38,374 nucleotides of DNA from a virus. The notes under the pieces are model-generated. The model was not told where the DNA came from. It saw only the letters and a list, made by a program, of their open reading frames with translations, and searched no databases. The stretch is from positions 1 through 38,374 of IMG/VR virus record IMGVR_UViG_3300045988_093617; one strand, 5' to 3'. Each line of letters starts with the position of its first letter. Positions within the stretch are counted from its first letter, which is position 1. Positions 33,235-38,374 of the stretch are shown here, one piece after another. The position numbers were made by a program, and so were the translations under genes.

Positions 33235-34028
33235 GACTGCTCTCCTAAAAGCTTATTAGTGAAATATATTTGACCTTTACCAGTCATCTTAGTTGTAGTT
33301 GTTGTCCTTGTACTACCATCAGGATTGTTGATGACTCTTACCTTGGTTTCAAAAAGTCCTTGTTCCATTGACCTCTGTGTAGGTTGATTTCTTCTTTCGC
33401 CATTCCTACATAGATAGCCTTGATTTCTTAGATAGGTAAATAACCTGTTCTGACCCATGTTTGGAAGTCCGTTTTGCTTCATTCTTTTCGCAAATTCTCC
33501 AATTAAGATTGAGTTTTCAGCTACTTCGCAGGAATCGGAAAATAAAACCTTCGGCTTGTTTCTTTCGTTCTCTGCTTCTGCAAGTATTCTTCTTTGTTTC
33601 TCTTCTTTTAAGGTTGTTGCAAGCTGAATTAAATAATCTGGATCTGTAAGTGTCCTTTCAATGACTGTTTCTGTCATGTAGGCTCCGTGTTTTCTTATGG
33701 TTGGTAAGACTTCTGACGTAACCCAATCAGCAAATCTCTCGGCTTCAGGCTTTCTACTTTGAAATATTAATTTGTAGAGGTTAGACTCGTTGATGAAGTT
33801 CATCTTCACATATTGAATAGCGTCAGATCCATCTGCTTTTTTACCAGTTACTACCCCTACCTCGGTAGTACCGACCCCGTCTTTTCTTAATCTGGATTTT
33901 GCATCGCTTGGATTTCTGATGTCCAAAACCCTACACACATCATTTAAATTAAAATAAGGTTCGTTGTTAATAATTGATGTTCTTACTTGTCCGAATTCTT
34001 GATTTTCAAAAATTTTTAAATCATTCAT
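33213..34028 (-). CDS. Antirepressor, Bro-N + KilAC/ANT domains, 271 aa
   Basis: N-terminus FENQEFGQVRTSIINNEPYFNLNDVCRVLDI (Bro-N). C-terminus LIGEFAKRMKQNGLPNMGQNRLFTYLRNQGYL (KilAC). Confidence 0.75.
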   Translation of the reverse strand: MNDLKIFENQEFGQVRTSIINNEPYFNLNDVCRVLDIRNPSDAKSRLRKDGVGTTEVGVVTGKKADGSDAIQYVKMNFINESNLYKLIFQSRKPEAERFADWVTSEVLPTIRKHGAYMTETVIERTLTDPDYLIQLATTLKEEKQRRILAEAENERNKPKVLFSDSCEVAENSILIGEFAKRMKQNGLPNMGQNRLFTYLRNQGYLCRNGERRNQPTQRSMEQGLFETKVRVINNPDGSTRTTTTTKMTGKGQIYFTNKLLGEQSWKTQQF

Positions 34029-34038
34029 TTCTGCTCCT

Positions 34039-34281
34039 TTAAATTTTGTTCAAAATCTTCCATTCATTAATGCCTATTTCTTCATCAGTTACTGTTGTGA
34101 TTATTCCTGCACTCTCGTAAAAGTTTTCAAGCTTACCAGCGTATTGGTAGGCTTTTTCTTTAGAAGTAAAAAACACTGAATCGCTTTTTGATAGCGATAA
34201 TGTACCTCCTAAATCTGCTAAATACCTGTCAATGTTATTAATCCGAAATTTCAAAATATAAACTTTAAAATCTTTTTCCAT
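34039..34281 (-). CDS. Hypothetical early protein, 80 aa
   Basis: ORF track. RBS AAGGAAGGTGA. Confidence 0.5.
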   Translation of the reverse strand: MEKDFKVYILKFRINNIDRYLADLGGTLSLSKSDSVFFTSKEKAYQYAGKLENFYESAGIITTVTDEEIGINEWKILNKI

Positions 34282-34335
34282 AATTCACCTTCCTTTTTAT
34301 TTGCTATAATCACCATAGAAAGTGAGGTGATTATT

Positions 34336-34506
34336 GTGATTGTTGACTTGCAAAAAATTAAATCTGATGTATTGCAAAATATTGCTAATCGCTATAAAAA
34401 TTCTAATGACGGAAGTTTGGAAATCCTTGAATTAGTTGAAACTACCGCTTTAGATACAACTATCCTTGTTCTTCAAAAGTACCAAGAAGAACTTAAGAAA
34501 GAGTAG
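34336..34506 (+). CDS. Opposite-strand small ORF, 56 aa, GTG start (not in ORF track)
   Basis: Extended -10 TGcTATAAT at 34302-34310 and SD GAGGTGA at 34324-34330. The GTG at 34336 opens 56 codons (IVDLQKIKSDVLQNIANRYKNSNDGSLEILELVETTALDTTILVLQKYQEELKKE). It fills a 210-nt gap that has no minus-strand ORF. Confidence 0.4.
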   Translation: MIVDLQKIKSDVLQNIANRYKNSNDGSLEILELVETTALDTTILVLQKYQEELKKE

Positions 34507-34684
34507 CTTTAGCATCTTTCAAACGATCAGCTAATTGCTTGGCTAATTTATCAATATCAATTTTGTCATTACAAGCCGTTGCAATTGCGAGAGCTTCACT
34601 ATTTATTTCTTGTAATAAATTATGGAGCTCTTTTAATTTGTCCATTAATTCGTCTAAGCCTATTACTTCTACTTTAACTTTCAT
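34493..34684 (-). CDS. Hypothetical early protein, 63 aa
   Basis: ORF track. RBS AAGGAAGGTGA. Confidence 0.5.
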   Translation of the reverse strand: MKVKVEVIGLDELMDKLKELHNLLQEINSEALAIATACNDKIDIDKLAKQLADRLKDAKATLS

Positions 34685-34702
34685 ATGTTTTCACCTTCCT
34701 TT

Positions 34703-34906
34703 TCATACTTCTAAAATTTTTCTGATTTGCTCCAACCTTTCAGCATTTGTCCTATTGCCTTTAGCGATGTCATACACATAACCAGTGCTAATTCCCATTT
34801 CATCAGCTAACTTTTGGTATGTGTAGCCTTTTCTTTTCATAGCAACTGCAATTTTTTCTTCTAATGATAAATTTTTGAGCGTCAAACGATCACCACCTTT
34901 AAACAT
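34703..34906 (-). CDS. Cro-like XRE-family HTH regulator, 67 aa (or 60 aa from TTG 34885)
   Basis: HTH YTYQKLADEMGISTGYVYDIAKGNR. ATG 34906 has no SD. The strong SD GGTGGTGA (34897-34890) sits 4 nt before the in-frame TTG at 34885. Confidence 0.7.
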   Translation of the reverse strand: MFKGGDRLTLKNLSLEEKIAVAMKRKGYTYQKLADEMGISTGYVYDIAKGNRTNAERLEQIRKILEV

Positions 34907-34927
34907 TGTATTATTTTACATTTTGAG

Positions 34928-34956
34928 TTGACTCCCATTGTAAAATATGCTAATAT
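34928..34956 (+). promoter_or_regulatory. Rightward promoter candidate (towards repressor operon)
   Basis: TTGACT (34928-33), 17 nt containing TGc, then TAATAT (34951-56). It is flanked by the inverted repeat TATTTTACA (34912-20) / TGTAAAATA (34939-47). Confidence 0.45.
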
Positions 34957-35054
34957 TTAAGCATAAAAACAACACTTGATTATAAGTTCCCGCTTTAATC
35001 AAAAATTTTTAAAATTTAGGTGCTAAATTTATGCTTAATTTTTAGCTTAAATTA

Positions 35055-35083
35055 AGTATAATGGAATATTTTCCATTTGTCAA
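35055..35083 (-). promoter_or_regulatory. Leftward (lytic/cro) promoter candidate
   Basis: Minus strand reads TTGACA (35083-78), 17 nt, TATACT (35060-55). The spacer is the operator-like repeat GGAATATTTTCC. Confidence 0.5.
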
Positions 35084-35110
35084 TAATATTTTTTGGAATA
35101 TTGTCCATTT
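35063..35110. promoter_or_regulatory. Two operator-like direct repeats GGAATATT(T/G)TCCATTT
   Basis: Copies at 35063-78 and 35095-110 match 15/16 and lie 32 bp centre to centre. Each contains the partial palindrome GGAA-N4-TTCC / GGAA-N4-GTCC. Confidence 0.5.
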
Positions 35111-35137
35111 ATTTAGTGCCATTTAATGAGGTGCTAT

Positions 35138-35449
35138 ATGGATATATTAGAAAGAGTCAAGGACTTATGCTACAAGCAGGGTATGACTGTAGCTGAATTA
35201 GAAAGAAAAGCCGATTTAGGAAATGGTAGTGTTAGAAGATGGTGTACATCAATACCAGCAGCCGATAAACTCCAAAGAGCGGCAATAACTTTAGGAACAA
35301 CAATGGATTATTTGCTAACAGGAAATGAACCAAAAGAAAATTCTGAAACTCTGTTACTTGCAAGAGAAGCTAACTCACTTACCAAAGAACAGTTAAACGC
35401 AGTAAAAAGTATAATTGAAGAGTTTAAAAGAAATAATAACATAAGGTGA
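35138..35449 (+). CDS. CI-like XRE-family repressor (ImmR-like, no S24 peptidase domain), 103 aa (start at Met5 of track ORF)
   Basis: RBS GAGGTG lies 6 nt before ATG 35138. HTH MTVAELERKADLGNGSVRRW. Confidence 0.75.
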   Translation: MDILERVKDLCYKQGMTVAELERKADLGNGSVRRWCTSIPAADKLQRAAITLGTTMDYLLTGNEPKENSETLLLAREANSLTKEQLNAVKSIIEEFKRNNNIR

Positions 35450-36021
35450 TGCTATTGGATTGGAAAAGTAAAGATTATTTATACTATAAAATAATGCAGT
35501 TTTGTAATGACAATAAAGTTGAAGCTAATATAGATCTTGAAAAATTATGTGAAGAAAAAAACTGGTTTTTAATTCCTTATCCTAAAGAAAAATATCAAAT
35601 ATTTAAATCAATATCTAAAGATGGATTTACTGTCAAAGATGGAAATAATTTTTTTATAAATTATAATCCTGAATTAAAAGAAAAGTGCTTTGGAAGGTAT
35701 AGATTCACCCTTGCTCATGAAATAGGACACATATATTTGTATCATCACATCTATGTGGACTATTATGTTTTGATGCACTGTGATGATAAGAAAACTATAT
35801 GGGAACAACAAGCAGATATATTTGCTCAAAACTTGCTTATGCCTATTAAGTACAAAGATTATTACAAAAAGTATAACAATATGGATCTACAAAACATATT
35901 TGGTGTAAGTAACGAAATGGTAAATACCAGATTAAGTAAATTATATCAGGATGAGCTTTTTTCAAGAAAATTGATTACAAAACTAAGAAACAAAACTTTA
36001 GTTTATGGAGATAAGAAATGA
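35446..36021 (+). CDS. ImmA/IrrE-family zinc metallopeptidase, about 190 aa
   Basis: HEXXH motif in RFTLAHEIGHIYLYHH. The start (GTG 35446 or ATG 35449) overlaps the repressor stop. Confidence 0.75.
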   Translation: MMLLDWKSKDYLYYKIMQFCNDNKVEANIDLEKLCEEKNWFLIPYPKEKYQIFKSISKDGFTVKDGNNFFINYNPELKEKCFGRYRFTLAHEIGHIYLYHHIYVDYYVLMHCDDKKTIWEQQADIFAQNLLMPIKYKDYYKKYNNMDLQNIFGVSNEMVNTRLSKLYQDELFSRKLITKLRNKTLVYGDKK

Positions 36022-37154
36022 AAATACTAAGAAAAATTGTTGGAACATTATTTATTTTTGCGGCTATTGGCGGCTTTATTGCAAAAGACTTTTTACCTGC
36101 TTTAATTATTTTGTCAGTTGGAATACTCCTAATAAAAGGTATTTCAAAAAACAATAAAATTAATAATGTTGATAAAGAAACTAATATCGCTAATGAGCCA
36201 AAAAATATAGAAGACGACAAAAACAATAAACAGACAAACAAAGTAATTGCTAAAAAAATTAATTTTGATAGTGATAAAATTAATAATAAAAACTTGAAAG
36301 ATTTTACAATAATTGATTTTGAAACTACAGGTATATCCGTATTTAGTAATGAAATTATAGAAATAGGAGCAATCAAGGTAAGAGATTTAGAAGTTATAGA
36401 TACTTTTGATACACTTTGCAATCCTCTTATGACCATAGAAAATACACACATTCACGGAATAAAAAACGATAAAGTTATGGAATATAAATACCCAATGGTT
36501 TACATGAATGATTTATTAACATTTATTGGTGACGATACTATATTTGCATATAATGCCCCTTTCGACATAGAGTTTTTAAACTCTTACTTGCCAAGTAACA
36601 TAAATAATAAGATTGTAGACGTGTTAGCTTTAGCACGTGCTAGAGAAAATAGAGAATCATATAGACTGGTAGATGTTAGAGAAGACCTAAACATTAATAC
36701 CGAATGCCATAGATCCATAGGAGATTGTGAAGCTACGCTTGAATACTATAAATATTTGCTTTTTAAATATGATATCAAAAGGTTGCAATATACTCATGTA
36801 GATTCAGAACTAACATCTCTAAGATCTAAGCGTAACGCTAAATATGCAAATTATATTTTAGAAAATCACATACCTGATTCTTCTACATTTGATGAACAAA
36901 GTTATTTTTATAATAAAAATGTTTGTTTTTCTGGAGATTTCGATAATTTTTCAAAAGCAGATGCTTATTTAAAGATTCTTGATATTGGAGGACACGTTCA
37001 ACAAAACGTCACTTTGAAAACAGATATTTTAGTAATAGGAACTTATAAACAAAAAACTTCAAAAGAAAAAAAGGCTGATGAGTATAATCTAAGAACTAAT
37101 ATCAAAATAGAAAAACTACATGAAGATGATTTTCTACAACTATTAAACGAGTAA
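36018..37154 (+). CDS. Membrane-anchored DEDDh (DnaQ-like) 3'-5' exonuclease with C-terminal BRCT-like domain, 378 aa
   Basis: Two N-terminal hydrophobic helices and an N/K-rich linker. Exo I IIDFETTG, Exo II AYNAPFDIEFL, Exo III HRSIGDCEAT. BRCT-like NVCFSGDF..ILDIGGHVQQNVTLKTDILVIG. ATGA overlap with the ImmA-like gene. Confidence 0.7.
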   Translation: MKILRKIVGTLFIFAAIGGFIAKDFLPALIILSVGILLIKGISKNNKINNVDKETNIANEPKNIEDDKNNKQTNKVIAKKINFDSDKINNKNLKDFTIIDFETTGISVFSNEIIEIGAIKVRDLEVIDTFDTLCNPLMTIENTHIHGIKNDKVMEYKYPMVYMNDLLTFIGDDTIFAYNAPFDIEFLNSYLPSNINNKIVDVLALARARENRESYRLVDVREDLNINTECHRSIGDCEATLEYYKYLLFKYDIKRLQYTHVDSELTSLRSKRNAKYANYILENHIPDSSTFDEQSYFYNKNVCFSGDFDNFSKADAYLKILDIGGHVQQNVTLKTDILVIGTYKQKTSKEKKADEYNLRTNIKIEKLHEDDFLQLLNE

Positions 37155-37160
37155 AATAAA

Positions 37161-37246
37161 TTATGATACAAAAAAAAGAGCCTGCACGAATGCAAGCTCT
37201 CCAAAACACAAAGTGTGTTTTCTTCCCAAAATTAATTGTATCATAA
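37161..37246. repeat. 11-bp perfect inverted repeat TTATGATACAA / TTGTATCATAA bracketing two hairpins between the exonuclease gene and int
   Basis: Arms at 37161-71 and 37236-46. Inside are AGAGCCTGCA-cgaa-TGCAAGCTCT (37177-37200) and AACACA-aa-GTGTGTT plus a T-run (37204-37224). Confidence 0.5.
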
Positions 37247-37275
37247 ATCCGTCAAATTTAAAAGGAGTATGATAT

Positions 37276-38295
37276 ATGAATACAACTATTAGACAAAGAA
37301 AAAATGGCAAATACCAAGCTATTATTTCTTACAAGGTTAATGGCGCCTGGAAGCAAAAATCTAAAGGCGGCTTTGACCGAGTTTCGGATGCCAAAAAATG
37401 GGCAAAGGATAAGTCTTTTGACCTTGTCGAGATTGAGAGACAAGGTATAGTAGATAGTGACATGACAGTCGGTGAGTTATTTGATCTCTACATTGAAGAC
37501 CTTGAACTTCAAGGTAAGCCGAGAAATACGATCAGAGCCTATACCGATACCAAGAAATTCTATGAAAGAATTTGTTCGACCCAATTAAAAAAACTAAAGG
37601 CTCATGACGTTAAAAGGCATATTTTCTATAAGCAAAAAGAGACCAACTTTAGCTACCAAGATTTTTTCAAAAGACTTAAAAGCGTGTTAAATTTCGCCTG
37701 CAGAGAACTTAAAATCATACCATCAAATCCAATCTGTGATTTAAAAATAAAATTTGAAAGTACCGACAAAAGAATTAAATTCATCACCAAAGAAATTTAT
37801 CAAAAAATCTTAGATTCTATTGATGACGATCTTGAAAAGCTATACGTTCAAGTCTTATATGAGACTGGTATGCGTAGAAGTGAAGCCTTAGGAATTACAG
37901 TTTTTGATGTTAAAGACTGCAAAATTTCAGTAAATAAACAATATGACGAAACTTTGAAAAAATTCGCATCTTTAAAGACTGCAAATTCTAAAAGATTTAT
38001 ACCTATCAAAAAAGAACTTGAAAAAAAGCTACTTTCTCAAATTCCAAACATTGAAGGCAGGCTCTTCTATGGATTCGATTCAAATACTATATATAACAAA
38101 TATATCAGGCCTTTCAATACCTCAATTCACTGCTTTCGACATACTTTCGCTACAAATCTTGTAAGCTCTGGCATAGATCTTACTATAGCTGCTCAGATTA
38201 TTGGCGATGATATTAAGACAGTCTTAAGCACCTACACTCAAGTCAATGAAGACAAGAAATTGAGTGAATTTGACAAAATTCGAGCAATGTTTTAA
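37276..38295 (+). CDS. int: Tyrosine integrase, 339 aa
   Basis: ETGMRRSEALGI (Arg), HCFRHTFATNL (H-x-x-R) and LSTYTQV (Tyr). N-terminal arm-binding-type domain RQRKNGKYQAIISYKVNGAWKQKSKGGF. RBS AAAGGAG. Confidence 0.9.
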   Translation: MNTTIRQRKNGKYQAIISYKVNGAWKQKSKGGFDRVSDAKKWAKDKSFDLVEIERQGIVDSDMTVGELFDLYIEDLELQGKPRNTIRAYTDTKKFYERICSTQLKKLKAHDVKRHIFYKQKETNFSYQDFFKRLKSVLNFACRELKIIPSNPICDLKIKFESTDKRIKFITKEIYQKILDSIDDDLEKLYVQVLYETGMRRSEALGITVFDVKDCKISVNKQYDETLKKFASLKTANSKRFIPIKKELEKKLLSQIPNIEGRLFYGFDSNTIYNKYIRPFNTSIHCFRHTFATNLVSSGIDLTIAAQIIGDDIKTVLSTYTQVNEDKKLSEFDKIRAMF

Positions 38296-38374
38296 ATTTT
38301 TGACCAATTTTTGACCAAAAAAAATAAAACCGCTGATTTCAACGATTTGAAAGCTTTATTATTATATCCAAGCT
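38252..38374. repeat. Terminal duplication copy 2 (identical to 1-123)
   Basis: Exact 123-bp match to the window start (offset 38251). Confidence 0.9.

Larger units (their letters stand above)
1..38251. mobile_element. Complete temperate phage genome (contractile-tail, HK97-type head), circularly closed
   Basis: All phage modules are present: integrase, repressor switch, replication/recombination, terminase, head, sheath/tube/baseplate tail and lysis. The two window ends overlap exactly. Confidence 0.9.

Noticed and set aside
35975-36451. 158-aa minus-strand hydrophobic ORF inside the exonuclease gene.
   Set aside because: It is an antisense shadow of an AT-rich coding region (Leu/Ile/Phe/Ser-rich), has no RBS, and conflicts with the motif-supported plus-strand gene.
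1-38374. I looked for tRNA genes, CRISPR arrays, reverse transcriptase/DGR template-variable repeat pairs, transposases/IS elements, group I/II introns and inteins.
   Set aside because: None is recognisable by eye. There are no spaced direct-repeat arrays, no RT motifs (YxDD) in any sizeable ORF, no cloverleaf-like GC-rich islands in intergenic regions, and no interrupted terminase, portal or polymerase-type genes. A tRNAscan/Infernal run would be needed to exclude small RNAs formally.

Overview
The window is one complete, circularly closed temperate phage genome. Its unique length is about 38,251 bp, and bases 1-123 recur exactly at 38252-38374. The DNA is AT-rich with GGAGG-type ribosome-binding sites, so I infer a low-GC Gram-positive (Clostridia/Bacilli-like) host. 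Almost all genes are on the minus strand. Reading that strand from 34906 downwards, the order is: cro-like gene, antirepressor and small early genes; an orphan Type-I-like methyltransferase M + half-S pair; a Rad50/gp46-like ATPase; tiny early genes; SSB, MazG-like, RecT and an MBL hydrolase; a replisome organiser with internal iterons, a DnaC-like loader and VRR-NUC; a late-activator-like gene, a Zn-ribbon/DUF559-like nuclease and HNH. Next come TerS/TerL, an HK97-type portal, ClpP-like protease, capsid and connectors. The tail is a PBSX (Xkd)-type contractile tail: sheath, tube, -1 frameshifted chaperone, tape measure, LysM protein, hub fused to NlpC/P60, baseplate, short fibre, and XkdW/XkdX-like genes. 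The lysis cassette has two holin-like genes, an amidase and a phosphodiester-glycosidase-like enzyme. Two small moron cassettes follow, driven by a duplicated palindrome-containing promoter next to the putative attP. The plus strand carries the lysogeny operon: short XRE repressor, ImmA-like metalloprotease, membrane-anchored DEDDh exonuclease/BRCT fusion, then a tyrosine integrase. The best candidates for undescribed biology are: (1) the membrane-tethered exonuclease-BRCT protein co-translated with the repressor module, a possible prophage defence or exclusion factor; (2) the duplicated promoter/operator moron cassettes; (3) the R-less minimal M+S methyltransferase; (4) the extra wall-polymer enzyme in the lysis cassette. 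All functional calls come from motifs read by eye. No database search was run.
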